Shown here one piece after another: positions 1 to 9,356 of a DNA stretch of 56,466 nt. The position numbers and the translations under genes are program-made. The notes under the pieces were generated by a model. The model was not told the origin of the DNA and searched no databases. It saw nothing but the letters and a program-made list of their open reading frames with translations. The DNA lies in IMG/VR virus record IMGVR_UViG_3300020403_000012, positions 1-56,466 of that record; one strand, given 5' to 3'. Position 1 is the first letter of the stretch, and every line of letters begins with the position of its first letter. The stretch comes from a virus (taxonomy: Duplodnaviria > Caudoviricetes).

Positions 1-1
1 C

Positions 2-1306
2 AGGCTTGCTTGTATCCATATCAATAGTAGCCTGTGTAGGAAATAATTTTACACCACCATAACCATAAACTAAACCATTTATAGGATTTCTGCTACGCCA
101 TACGTGAACGTGATCCCATTGCCAAACAGGAACTTGATAATCAAAATTGAAATCTTCAACTATATCAGCATCACCGTCAATTATCCAAAACATAGGAGTA
201 GTACAAATTTTTGCAGCTTCTATATGAGCTTGGTGTATTCCTTTAACACCGTGTATTCTTTTACATTCTGGAAAACGTTTAAGAATACGTTTATAATTTT
301 CATCAGCATTTGGTTCTTGATAGCTAATAAAAACAATATCATATGGTTTTGGTTTGCTAACAATTTTATTATGTTCTTTTTTGTTTGCAATGAACATAAA
401 ATGCCATTCTCTTTGGCTAATTTTAGAATGCTTGCTACACAATACAACACCATCGTGATATTCGCCATTAAGGTAAACGTGATTAATTTTTCTGTCATAC
501 TCATTATCAAATGTAAAGTATTCATCAAATGTATAATTATCGTCTAAGTCAATATGATTTGGAACAACATAAAACATTTCAGTTTCTGACTTTGCAAGTG
601 CTTTTAAATAATCTTCATAACTATTAACAAAATAAATTTCATATTTTGCAGGACCTGATCCAATTTCATTCCATTCTTTACGTGCTACAGGAAATCTGTA
701 ATCAACTTCTTTTTGTGTTAGAGGTTGATCTTTACTACATAAAAATAAACCATTGTACAATTTTTTATCATCAACTTGATGTACAAAAGCGTGATTTTGT
801 TTTCTTAAAGAAGCATTATGATGTGTAATATAAAAACTTTTTACTAAATCAGTTTGAGAAATATTTTTACTTCCCATCCAAAACATTTGTGTTTTAGACT
901 GTTCTAAAGCATTACAATATTCGTCATAATTATCTATTTCAAAATAATCAAATGGTTTTGGTTTACTTGCCACTATATCTACAAATTTTTTATTGCTGTA
1001 AAATCTGTAATCTACTTCTCGTTGTGTAATTTTTAAATTTTTTGGTATTAAGGAAATTCCGTCAAACTCGTTGTCGTTTAAGAATAAATGCACATAGTCG
1101 TGACTCCAATCATCTGGAACATAATCAAAGTAAAAATTTGGATCAATTTCTAAATCAGGATACACTACCCACAAAAATTTTGTCACACAACTTTGTTGTG
1201 CTTGTTCTATTGTTTTAACACATTTAACTGTAGGAATGCTTTGTTTTAAACGTTTGTAATCTTCTTCGTACAAACTTTTATCGGCAATTAAAAATACATC
1301 ATACAT
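2..1306 (-). CDS. Multi-module glycosyltransferase-like protein, partial (runs off the window; absent from the ORF track)
   Basis: Manually translated from ATG at 1306 (MYDVFLIADK...) and open to the window edge. The distal part YDIVFISYQEPNA...RIHGVKGIHQAH...FWIIDGDAD...NPINGLVYGYGGVKLFP is paralogous to ORF 4766-5686 and has a DxD motif. Confidence 0.75.
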   Translation of the reverse strand, partial: MYDVFLIADKSLYEEDYKRLKQSIPTVKCVKTIEQAQQSCVTKFLWVVYPDLEIDPNFYFDYVPDDWSHDYVHLFLNDNEFDGISLIPKNLKITQREVDYRFYSNKKFVDIVASKPKPFDYFEIDNYDEYCNALEQSKTQMFWMGSKNISQTDLVKSFYITHHNASLRKQNHAFVHQVDDKKLYNGLFLCSKDQPLTQKEVDYRFPVARKEWNEIGSGPAKYEIYFVNSYEDYLKALAKSETEMFYVVPNHIDLDDNYTFDEYFTFDNEYDRKINHVYLNGEYHDGVVLCSKHSKISQREWHFMFIANKKEHNKIVSKPKPYDIVFISYQEPNADENYKRILKRFPECKRIHGVKGIHQAHIEAAKICTTPMFWIIDGDADIVEDFNFDYQVPVWQWDHVHVWRSRNPINGLVYGYGGVKLFPTQATIDMDTSKP

Positions 1307-1312
1307 AACTTA

Positions 1313-1341
1313 ATTATACTAAATATTTTTATCTTTGTCAA
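1313..1341 (-). promoter_or_regulatory. Consensus sigma70 promoter TTGACA-17-TATAAT
   Basis: Minus strand: TTGACA at 1341-1336, 17-nt spacer, TATAAT at 1318-1313. The ATG at 1306 follows after 6 nt. Confidence 0.85.
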
Positions 1342-1347
1342 TATTAG

Positions 1348-1360
1348 AATAAATACATTG
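1348..1360 (+). promoter_or_regulatory. T4-type late promoter (ATAAATA)
   Basis: AATAAATACATTG, then GAGGAG and ATG 1372. The same 13-mer occurs at 12082-12094 on the minus strand. Confidence 0.7.
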
Positions 1361-1371
1361 AGGAGAAAAAT

Positions 1372-2814
1372 ATGACTGATTTTATACCTGGAGATTCGTA
1401 TCGCATTGATGTAGTTGGTGCAGATAGTACACTAATGATTGACAGTTGGACAAGCCAAGTTAAAGCCAATGTTGTGAATAGAGACGGTGTTGTACAAGTT
1501 GATACTACGTTTGGCAAACTATATGGTCCAATGATAGGCAATATCGAAGATGATGAAGGCGGTATTCTTTTAAATTCAAATAGTAAACAAGTGCATATGG
1601 ATCTTGTAGGAAATGTAAAAGACGAAAGTGGTAATGTAGTTCTAAATTCTTCTACTGGCTTGTTATCAGGTAACTTACAAGGAAGTATTGTAGACCAAGA
1701 AGGTGATATGGTTTATGATGCTCAGACAAGTACTTTGACTGTGGATAGAATAGTAGGTGATTTTTATGGTAACCTATACGGCGAAGTTAACCTTGTTGGA
1801 ACAATAGAAGGTGCTTTTATTGGTAATTTACAAGGAAATACAACAGGAACACATTCAGGTCCTGTAATTGGTAATTTGACAGGTGATGTATCAGGAAGTA
1901 TTACTAATGAAAACGGCACAGTTCTAGATGGTGGAAGCGGAGTTTTGTATGGTAGTTTAGCAGGAAATATTGTTAGACCAGACACATTGGATTCAGTTTT
2001 AAATTGGCACGATTTGCATAAACACTACAACTTGAAATGTGGTATAGAACACCCTGACACTAATTCAACTATTTTGTTTGTAAATGATAATGAACAACAA
2101 ACCCATATTCGTGCAGGTGTTCATTATTTTGATGGCACTCCTGTTGTTGCACTAACACCGTGGACGGACACTGATAAACCTAGCGTTATTGCAGAATTTT
2201 ATGGCAATGTAATAGGCGGTATTGTAGATACTGATAAAACTCCAATACTTACGGTTAATGATGGACAGATACAATTATGTGGCGGTGCTACAGGTGAAAT
2301 CAACATAGGTAAAGATGCTACAGAAACACTTGAAATTTATTCTGATAATATTAGTTTTAAAATGCAATCAAATCCTGTAAACACATCAAATTTAGGACAA
2401 ATTAATATGTTTGCTTTTAACGGTGATGAAGAAAATAAATTGCCATTAAACCCAGGCGATCATATGATGGTAATAACTTCACACGCTTGGGACGGAGAAG
2501 CATATAAGATTGGTGGCGGAATGGGTTTTTACGCAAATACTGAAATAGAACCAGATCCAGATTTAGAAATATATCCAACAGACTTTGCAATAACATTAAG
2601 TGATGGTAGGAACTTACCTAGTGCGTTTTGGGATAATCCTACAGGTTTAAATTTTAACGGTGCAGGAATTTTATCTGCTCCAGTCCTAAAACCAAAAGGA
2701 CATACCACAGCCGATTTAACAGATATAATTCCAGAAGAAGGAATGATAATTTACAATAAATCATCAAAAACATTTCAAGGATGGAATGGTACTTCTTGGG
2801 TTACGCTTGGGTAA
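1372..2814 (+). CDS. Virion structural / fibre-like protein
   Basis: Has G-N-L/V-x-G beta repeats and a C-terminal PEEGMIIYNKSSKTFQGWNGTSW motif typical of phage fibre proteins. Preceded by a late promoter and RBS. Confidence 0.6.
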   Translation: MTDFIPGDSYRIDVVGADSTLMIDSWTSQVKANVVNRDGVVQVDTTFGKLYGPMIGNIEDDEGGILLNSNSKQVHMDLVGNVKDESGNVVLNSSTGLLSGNLQGSIVDQEGDMVYDAQTSTLTVDRIVGDFYGNLYGEVNLVGTIEGAFIGNLQGNTTGTHSGPVIGNLTGDVSGSITNENGTVLDGGSGVLYGSLAGNIVRPDTLDSVLNWHDLHKHYNLKCGIEHPDTNSTILFVNDNEQQTHIRAGVHYFDGTPVVALTPWTDTDKPSVIAEFYGNVIGGIVDTDKTPILTVNDGQIQLCGGATGEINIGKDATETLEIYSDNISFKMQSNPVNTSNLGQINMFAFNGDEENKLPLNPGDHMMVITSHAWDGEAYKIGGGMGFYANTEIEPDPDLEIYPTDFAITLSDGRNLPSAFWDNPTGLNFNGAGILSAPVLKPKGHTTADLTDIIPEEGMIIYNKSSKTFQGWNGTSWVTLG

Positions 2815-3418
2815 ACAAAGGTAAAATACTTTCGGCTTCAGGCCACCTTGTTTCCTTTAATGTTTCATAAAACTTATCAACATTAATTTTCCAAAATGTT
2901 TGAAACGTACCTCTATATTCTAATTCTATTGGATTTTGCAATACACCAGCAATATGAAAATATTTTGCCCAAAATAAATGTACCTTGTTTTGACTTCCAA
3001 CATTACCAATATGAGTGCTAAGATATAAAGGTTTATCTTTACCGATTCCTTCTATACAAGCTGGCAGTAGAAACTGAGAAGCGTGAGAATAATGAATATC
3101 TTTTTTACCTTTTAAACTTTTTACTCTTTGCTTTCCAATTAAGTGAGTAAGCACACAAGTCCTTGCACCTATTCTATATGCATCTTTGCCTAGTATTCCC
3201 AACTCTTGTAACTTGTGTGCTACAACGGTACCAACTGGCTGTTTGTTATACAACAAAACCCATAACTTTGCATCTTCATATTTTTTAATATAATCAATTA
3301 ACATTTCTTGACTACTATTATTATAAAATTTTTTCTTTTCAGCTTCTTTATAAAAATTTGTTAAGTCAATATCATTATTATATAATTTTATTTCAAACAT
3401 ATGTTTTACATAAATCAA
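2801..3418 (-). CDS. Hypothetical protein, possibly a GNAT-fold acyltransferase (true start may be ATG 3400)
   Basis: LWVLLYNKQPVGTVVAH...YRIGARTCVL pattern resembles GNAT strands. Overlaps the end of the radical SAM gene. Confidence 0.4.
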   Translation of the reverse strand: MIYVKHMFEIKLYNNDIDLTNFYKEAEKKKFYNNSSQEMLIDYIKKYEDAKLWVLLYNKQPVGTVVAHKLQELGILGKDAYRIGARTCVLTHLIGKQRVKSLKGKKDIHYSHASQFLLPACIEGIGKDKPLYLSTHIGNVGSQNKVHLFWAKYFHIAGVLQNPIELEYRGTFQTFWKINVDKFYETLKETRWPEAESILPLFTQA

Positions 3419-4766
3419 AAAAATCAGTCATTTCAGGAAAAACTTCTAAATGATTTACTCCACGTCTACGATTTTGTTCAGTAAAAAACTTATGAAAATC
3501 TTGACGTCCTTGAATAACTTTTTCCAAAGGATATTCAGTAGTTTCCATATAGTCAACAACACGTCTAAACTTTTCATATTCAATAGTGCTAAATGCATCT
3601 TTTCGATTATCATCAACGTTTTCTTTTATAAACTGCAAATGGTCACGCATATAACCTAAATATTCTTTTGGCAATATATTCATATCATATTGCAAAGGTT
3701 CTTTCAAGTGTGGTGTATCAAACCCCAAGCGTTGCCATCTGTGTGTTTCTACGTCATTGTATTTTGCACGCCATTCTAAGATTTTTTCTAAGAGTGTGCG
3801 GAATGTTGTTACACTGAATATATTGAACGTAATCATCAACACCATAGGTGCTTCACAGTTGCGCATAAAATAATCCAAGTTGCGTTCAAACACTTCAATG
3901 TCTAATCCGTCACGTATGTATTCTGCACGTTTGCCCCAAGTATCAATACTTGTAAACATTTTAAAGCGTCTAATCTTGTTGTTTGTTAATAAGTCATTTA
4001 CACGATTTGTAAACTTTTCTAATTGCTTTGGTTTGCCGCCTAAGTTGCTGTTACAGTTTAGTTCTAGTTCTGGCTTAGGATCTGCATCTAACATATCAAA
4101 CAACCTATATGTGCTTTGTTGGATAGTCGGTTCGCCTCCTGTAATACGTAATATGTGTAGCTCTTTACTTAGTTCAGGCCACCATCGCCAAAACGCATCT
4201 AAATATGGATTGTTTTCTTCTTCAAAAATTTGAAACCAATCAATATCACATCTATGATTTTTAACCATATCATATGGCCCGTGTTGTTTGATTTCTTGAT
4301 AATATCTACTGCTGGCTTTAGGATGACAATATCCACAACGAAAGTTACACTCGTTACCAAAACTAACTTCTAAGTATTCAGGATTTACATCAAACTCTGC
4401 ACCTCCTTCTTTTACAGCATTTAATCTATGTTTGAAGAAAATAGTTTGATTGCGTTGTTTTCTGTCACTTACATAATCTTTACCCATTGCTTCAATTTTC
4501 CAGCAATAGTTACAACCAGCAGGTTGATCACCACGCATCATTGCAGCACGTTCTTGTTTCTTTTGTGCTGTGTTGTGTATTGCACTTGGATTTTCTAGTA
4601 ATGGTGCTGTGTCAATCTTATGGGGAGCAGGATGATAACAACTATGTGTTTCACCTGTTTGGAAATAAATGTTGGCGTGATACCATTTTGCAAAACAAAA
4701 TGTAGGCGAAATTTGTTTTGTTATTTCATCAATACGTTTGATTTCTTCTGCTTCAGAGCGTTCCAT
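3393..4766 (-). CDS. Radical SAM enzyme with an N-terminal Cys-rich (twitch/SPASM-like) domain
   Basis: CNFRCGYC (CxxxCxxC), ITGGEP, SID...EYIR, and N-terminal CFAKW...SCYH...CNYCW. Confidence 0.9.
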   Translation of the reverse strand: MERSEAEEIKRIDEITKQISPTFCFAKWYHANIYFQTGETHSCYHPAPHKIDTAPLLENPSAIHNTAQKKQERAAMMRGDQPAGCNYCWKIEAMGKDYVSDRKQRNQTIFFKHRLNAVKEGGAEFDVNPEYLEVSFGNECNFRCGYCHPKASSRYYQEIKQHGPYDMVKNHRCDIDWFQIFEEENNPYLDAFWRWWPELSKELHILRITGGEPTIQQSTYRLFDMLDADPKPELELNCNSNLGGKPKQLEKFTNRVNDLLTNNKIRRFKMFTSIDTWGKRAEYIRDGLDIEVFERNLDYFMRNCEAPMVLMITFNIFSVTTFRTLLEKILEWRAKYNDVETHRWQRLGFDTPHLKEPLQYDMNILPKEYLGYMRDHLQFIKENVDDNRKDAFSTIEYEKFRRVVDYMETTEYPLEKVIQGRQDFHKFFTEQNRRRGVNHLEVFPEMTDFFDLCKTYV

Positions 4767-5686
4767 TACTCTCTGTCCAAAAACTGCTTGCTATTATCTC
4801 TGCTAGGATTTTGATATACAGTCTTAAAAAAAGTGCTTTGACCTGCATCTAAAGGCTCTATTGCTATAGGCAACAGAAGTTCATTAATTAATTTTACTCC
4901 ATAATCTTCAGTAGCAAGAAACATAGCTTCGTCATCTATTTTTTTGTCATCCCAATATTCATTCAAATACTTAAAATCTCTAACATTTATATGGTCCCAA
5001 TCTGTACACATTGTTTTATACAAACCTTCTCTAGCACCATATATTGCCCAACGTCCGTTTTCTACATCTGCTCCTACCATTAACCATATGTACAAACGAT
5101 GTAAGTTTTTCCAATGATTTTTATGAAACTGCTCTGCTGTGACACGCAATCCTTGATCTAGTGCCATTTTTACACCTTCTCTAAAACCTGCACGCCAGGC
5201 TTGATGAGGTGTAGCATTATTATGCACATCACTAAAAGTGCCATTCATTTGCACATATTGTGTGTTCCAACAAAAATCTACTTGAGCGTGTGGATTATCT
5301 TTAGGCGCATTTTCGTGTGTACGCATATCAAGTACATACTGCTTAGGCCAGCACTTGATTCCTCCGTTACCATAACTTAAACCATTGATTATATTTTTTG
5401 CTGTCCAACTTATAACTTTATCTGTTAAATCTAAATTTTCGTCAAAATCAATCGACTGTGATAGGAAATCATCACGTATACAGTTGTCACCATCTACAGT
5501 TATAAATCTATCTGTTTCAGACAATTCAGCACAGGCTTTGTGGGCGGCATCACTGCCTTCAACTCCGTGGACACGTTTTGCCCAAGGAACTTTCTTGCAT
5601 AAATCTGCATAATTTTTTTCTGCATTTGGTTCATCATAACTTAGATAAACAATATCATAATCAATTACACGAAATGTGTTAGCCAT
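4766..5686 (-). CDS. Glycosyltransferase-like protein (GT-A type)
   Basis: YDIVYLSYDEPNA...RVHGVEGSDAAH...ITVDGDN (DxD) and AWRAGFREGVKM. Paralog of 2-1306. Confidence 0.65.
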   Translation of the reverse strand: MANTFRVIDYDIVYLSYDEPNAEKNYADLCKKVPWAKRVHGVEGSDAAHKACAELSETDRFITVDGDNCIRDDFLSQSIDFDENLDLTDKVISWTAKNIINGLSYGNGGIKCWPKQYVLDMRTHENAPKDNPHAQVDFCWNTQYVQMNGTFSDVHNNATPHQAWRAGFREGVKMALDQGLRVTAEQFHKNHWKNLHRLYIWLMVGADVENGRWAIYGAREGLYKTMCTDWDHINVRDFKYLNEYWDDKKIDDEAMFLATEDYGVKLINELLLPIAIEPLDAGQSTFFKTVYQNPSRDNSKQFLDRE

Positions 5687-6242
5687 TTATAACCTCGTGG
5701 TAGTATGTAGAAAACTTTCTTACAGTATAAAGGCTAACATTAATTTTGTCAAATTCAAAATCACTATCAAATTTAATTTTATCTTGTGTTGAAAAATCTA
5801 AAGTTCTGTATAAAACATTAGGATCATACAACTTTGTAACACTATAAATTTGGTTATTTGGATTTATTGTAATTTTTTGTAAATCTATGTATTCTTTAAA
5901 TGTAACATCTAATTTTAATTCCCAACATTTATCAATATTATTTTGGACAATTGTAATTTCGTTAAGCCCAGTTAATTCTTTTGGTATTTCATACAAAAAG
6001 TTTTGCGTATTGTCGCCTTCATTATATTGTTGTATGCTCTTTACAATGTATCTTTTTTCAATAAAATCGTATTCTACTTTGTAGTTTGTTAATGATTCTT
6101 TACCTTCAGCAAACTTCCTAACTTCTTCAAAATCTACGAGCAAATTTTCAAAGTTTTCATCTGGAGTCCTTGCAATTTTGTTTATTACACCCTTTTCGTC
6201 AAAACAAATATATCTATCGTTGTTTATAGTAACTTTTATCAT
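5679..6242 (-). CDS. Hypothetical protein
   Basis: 187-aa ORF that overlaps both neighbours. Confidence 0.7.
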   Translation of the reverse strand: MIKVTINNDRYICFDEKGVINKIARTPDENFENLLVDFEEVRKFAEGKESLTNYKVEYDFIEKRYIVKSIQQYNEGDNTQNFLYEIPKELTGLNEITIVQNNIDKCWELKLDVTFKEYIDLQKITINPNNQIYSVTKLYDPNVLYRTLDFSTQDKIKFDSDFEFDKINVSLYTVRKFSTYYHEVING

Positions 6243-7078
6243 ATTCCTAAATACTTTTCATATATGTTAATTATCCTTTGAGTAACAAAGTCATCTTCTG
6301 TATAATGAAAAATTCCATTCTGTGAATAATTTCCAATTTTTAATTGTAAATCTTCTCCAAGATATGTTCCTACTCTATTTTGCCATCTATCGACAACATT
6401 ATTTGTCCAGTTTTGTATCCTTGGTTTCATATGTGTAAAGCTAGGATACTTAACTCGTGAATTTGTAACTTGACTTTCTATATTCATAATTTTTGTTGCT
6501 ATTGCAGACGATAAATCTATGCTACATTTACGCTGATACATTCTTCCGCCAGCGTGTTGTCTGTAAAACTTTTGCCAATTATTTGTAATCATTTCTAACC
6601 AAGTATAAAATTCGTGAGATAAATCACATTTTTTAAAATAATGTACACCACAGTAAATATTTGGCAGATAATTTTTTTCAAATGTGTGCCTGTAATAATT
6701 ATTAGTAATTAATTCATTCCTGTAAGTATATACATTGCTTGTAAAAAACAAATCATAATTTTGCAAAAAATCAAACCAAGATGATATATCTTGTAATACA
6801 AGCATATCAGTATCCATTACAAGTGTATCATCATAAGGTGATGCGTGATAAATCTTCCATCTGTTTTCAATTTTCCAATCTGAATCTTTTGCGTGATCGC
6901 CCCAAGGTATTTCTACAATATGATCAAACAAAGGTTTATATTTTGTAGGCACTTCGTCGTTTGTAATAAGACAAATGTTTGCATCATTGTTTGTTGCCTT
7001 TATACTCATAGCATTTAGATAGGCTTGTTGTACATAATCAACTTCTGTATTTTGTGCTAACATTGTAAAATTAGGCAT
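6239..7078 (-). CDS. Glycosyltransferase (GT-A, GT8/mannosyltransferase-like)
   Basis: SPYDDTLVMDTDM DxD motif and FTHMKP. Paralog of 7071-7886. Confidence 0.75.
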   Translation of the reverse strand: MPNFTMLAQNTEVDYVQQAYLNAMSIKATNNDANICLITNDEVPTKYKPLFDHIVEIPWGDHAKDSDWKIENRWKIYHASPYDDTLVMDTDMLVLQDISSWFDFLQNYDLFFTSNVYTYRNELITNNYYRHTFEKNYLPNIYCGVHYFKKCDLSHEFYTWLEMITNNWQKFYRQHAGGRMYQRKCSIDLSSAIATKIMNIESQVTNSRVKYPSFTHMKPRIQNWTNNVVDRWQNRVGTYLGEDLQLKIGNYSQNGIFHYTEDDFVTQRIINIYEKYLGI

Positions 7079-7886
7079 TGATAATTCTTTCCAAACTAAA
7101 TTTGTTCATTATATGTAAATTACTACCTTTTAATTTTACTAGTGTGTATTCACCAAGTCTATCTTGCTTTTCTACTAAAAGTTTGAATTCGTCGTTGTTC
7201 AAATCAATCAATATATCTCTATCAATAGAATAATATTTTTTGCCTGGTATTGTGCCGATAAAATTATTTTCAACATAACCAGATAACATATGCACAGCAA
7301 TGCTAAATGCAAAATCATTTCTATATACGGTATTCTTAAACTGATATACACCTCTGTAATGTATATAATTTTCTTTGATATGTTTTACTAAATTAAAAAA
7401 AGTTTCGGTTACAAAAGTTTTTTTAAAATAAATTACAGTTGCCCAATAAAACGTAATTCCGCTGTCACTTATTTTTTTAAATTCACTTGTGTTGTTATGA
7501 ATACCTAAATGTGTCGCATCTTTAAACATAAGTAAATCTTTTTGTTGTTTGAAACAATTTAATAATTTATCATTTGCTACTATGTAATCTGTATCCATAA
7601 CAATTGTTTCATCATATGGCGATAAGTCAAAACTAAATTCTCTACCACTATTGTTAAATGATAGCATTCTTTTACTTAAAGATCCATCTCTATAAGATTT
7701 TTTGTTAGATTGTTTTTGATTTAATTTGATAATTTTATCAAAACAACTATCGTTAACATCAACATTAGTAACTAAACTTACAGGTAGTTGCAAATATTTT
7801 TGTATACGTTTAGCACAAAATATTGCCTGTTTTACGTAATTTATACTTTCGTTATTAAATGCAAATAACAGTACACCTTGGCTCAT
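7071..7886 (-). CDS. Glycosyltransferase (GT-A, GT8-like)
   Basis: GVLLFAFN, SPYDETIVMDTDY, YRNDFAFSIA, LHIMNK. Confidence 0.75.
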   Translation of the reverse strand: MSQGVLLFAFNNESINYVKQAIFCAKRIQKYLQLPVSLVTNVDVNDSCFDKIIKLNQKQSNKKSYRDGSLSKRMLSFNNSGREFSFDLSPYDETIVMDTDYIVANDKLLNCFKQQKDLLMFKDATHLGIHNNTSEFKKISDSGITFYWATVIYFKKTFVTETFFNLVKHIKENYIHYRGVYQFKNTVYRNDFAFSIAVHMLSGYVENNFIGTIPGKKYYSIDRDILIDLNNDEFKLLVEKQDRLGEYTLVKLKGSNLHIMNKFSLERIINA

Positions 7887-8230
7887 AAATCCATAATACT
7901 TTCGATTGATCTATTTTTCTTAAGTTTATTATATTCTGTAAGGTATCTATTAGATGCTTCAAAATATGTACTTATAATTGAGTTTGTAAAACTTTCTAAA
8001 TCTTCAACTTCAATAGGTATATTATTATCATCAATTAGTATAGTTGATTGTTGTTTCAAGGAAAGCAAACTTTGACAAAAACTAACTAATTGTTGTGTAA
8101 TAGAAAACTGTCCGCCATTAAAATAATAGACAAGATTCTCAGAATATTGTTCTTTAAGCAATCTCGTTTGATTGTTTAATGTAACCATATAGTTGCTAAT
8201 GTCAAGTGCTTTTTCAAGACGTTCGTCCAT
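7883..8230 (-). CDS. Hypothetical protein, first gene of the modification operon
   Basis: The ORF track starts it at 8242. ATG 8230 has an upstream GGAG RBS (GGAGATTTCTATG) and is preferred. Confidence 0.7.
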   Translation of the reverse strand: MDERLEKALDISNYMVTLNNQTRLLKEQYSENLVYYFNGGQFSITQQLVSFCQSLLSLKQQSTILIDDNNIPIEVEDLESFTNSIISTYFEASNRYLTEYNKLKKNRSIESIMDL

Positions 8231-8253
8231 AGAAATCTCCATATATAATTAAT

Positions 8254-8282
8254 ATTATATAACAAATTTATTCAATTGTCAA
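8254..8282 (-). promoter_or_regulatory. Consensus sigma70 promoter TTGACA-17-TATAAT
   Basis: Minus strand: TTGACA at 8282-8277, TATAAT at 8259-8254, 17-nt spacer. Confidence 0.85.
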
Positions 8283-8285
8283 AGG

Positions 8286-9347
8286 CTAAAGTGAACTATC
8301 TACAGTTCCAGTTGGAGCAGTTTGAACAATAGCATCAAATGTACTTGCGCCAATTGTAAAATTACTATTAGGTGTAAAAGTATATAAATTACTTGTAACT
8401 GTACCACCAACTGATTCATCAACTGGATCATTAACACTTTCTGACTGGCCACCTGTACCTGTATCAGCATCATCAAATACAATTTCAAAAATCATTTGTG
8501 ATGTGTTGGGAACAACAATATTAATTTGGTATTCATTATCATCATATATTTGTGTAACTGGTACAGTGCCTGGATTTCCTCCAGTTACACCACCACCTTG
8601 TTTAGTGTATAATCTTGTTGGAGATGTGAAGAATCCACCACTTGTATTTGTGTTTGTACTCAACGATCCTAAACCTAATGATGTTCCTGTGCCGCCTGTA
8701 CCAAGTGAATCAGTTACATAATTAGATCCTTTTTTTCTAATTCGTATTTTGCCCATTTCAGCAAGTATTCTATTCCAATCCCAATCTTTTGTATTAGATG
8801 TACCACTTGTACCGCCTGTCAAACTAGCATCAAAACGCATTTGTCCACCTGCGTTCCAAAAATGGTTACGTGCATTTGCACTTGGCCAGCTTACTGTTAC
8901 CCTGTGCCCGATCCTTGATGTTGCACCAGTACCCCAAGCTGTAGACCTAGAACTACTTGTACTTGTAGATGAAGATGTAAGCAATGATGCTTCATCAAAG
9001 TTAGCTGTTGGAAAATCTGTTGATACTGGATTAAATGCTACCACATCATCTGCAAATAAATCAAAATTAGTTACATTTACAAATCTAATTAAATCTCCTA
9101 CTTCTACATCGTCAATATCTACACGAGTGTTTGCAATATTAGTTTGATGTATATATCCTGCTTGTAAATCTTTCCATAGATTTGTTTGTTGAAGTGAAGT
9201 TACTGTGTTTCCAATAGCAACTGGTGAACTTAAAAGAGTTCTACCATATCCTAAATCAACATTACTAGTAGTAGGACCAACTATTGGTGCCATTAAATTA
9301 TATATTGCATTGTATTCAGATGCTAATATCTTGTCTCCTACACCCAT
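8286..9347 (-). CDS. Virion structural protein (paralog of 9357-10538)
   Basis: Thr/Gly-rich. Shares H-x-x-x-V...R-x-F-F/W-NAGG...ASL...DW...MG...NEY with the neighbouring ORF. Confidence 0.7.
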   Translation of the reverse strand: MGVGDKILASEYNAIYNLMAPIVGPTTSNVDLGYGRTLLSSPVAIGNTVTSLQQTNLWKDLQAGYIHQTNIANTRVDIDDVEVGDLIRFVNVTNFDLFADDVVAFNPVSTDFPTANFDEASLLTSSSTSTSSSRSTAWGTGATSRIGHRVTVSWPSANARNHFWNAGGQMRFDASLTGGTSGTSNTKDWDWNRILAEMGKIRIRKKGSNYVTDSLGTGGTGTSLGLGSLSTNTNTSGGFFTSPTRLYTKQGGGVTGGNPGTVPVTQIYDDNEYQINIVVPNTSQMIFEIVFDDADTGTGGQSESVNDPVDESVGGTVTSNLYTFTPNSNFTIGASTFDAIVQTAPTGTVDSSL

Positions 9348-9356
9348 TGTAGATCC

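Noticed and set aside
104-828. Short ORFs 104-547 (+), 220-528 (-) and 646-828 (+) from the track
   Set aside because: They overlap the long minus-strand GT-like frame 2-1306, which has a promoter and a paralog.
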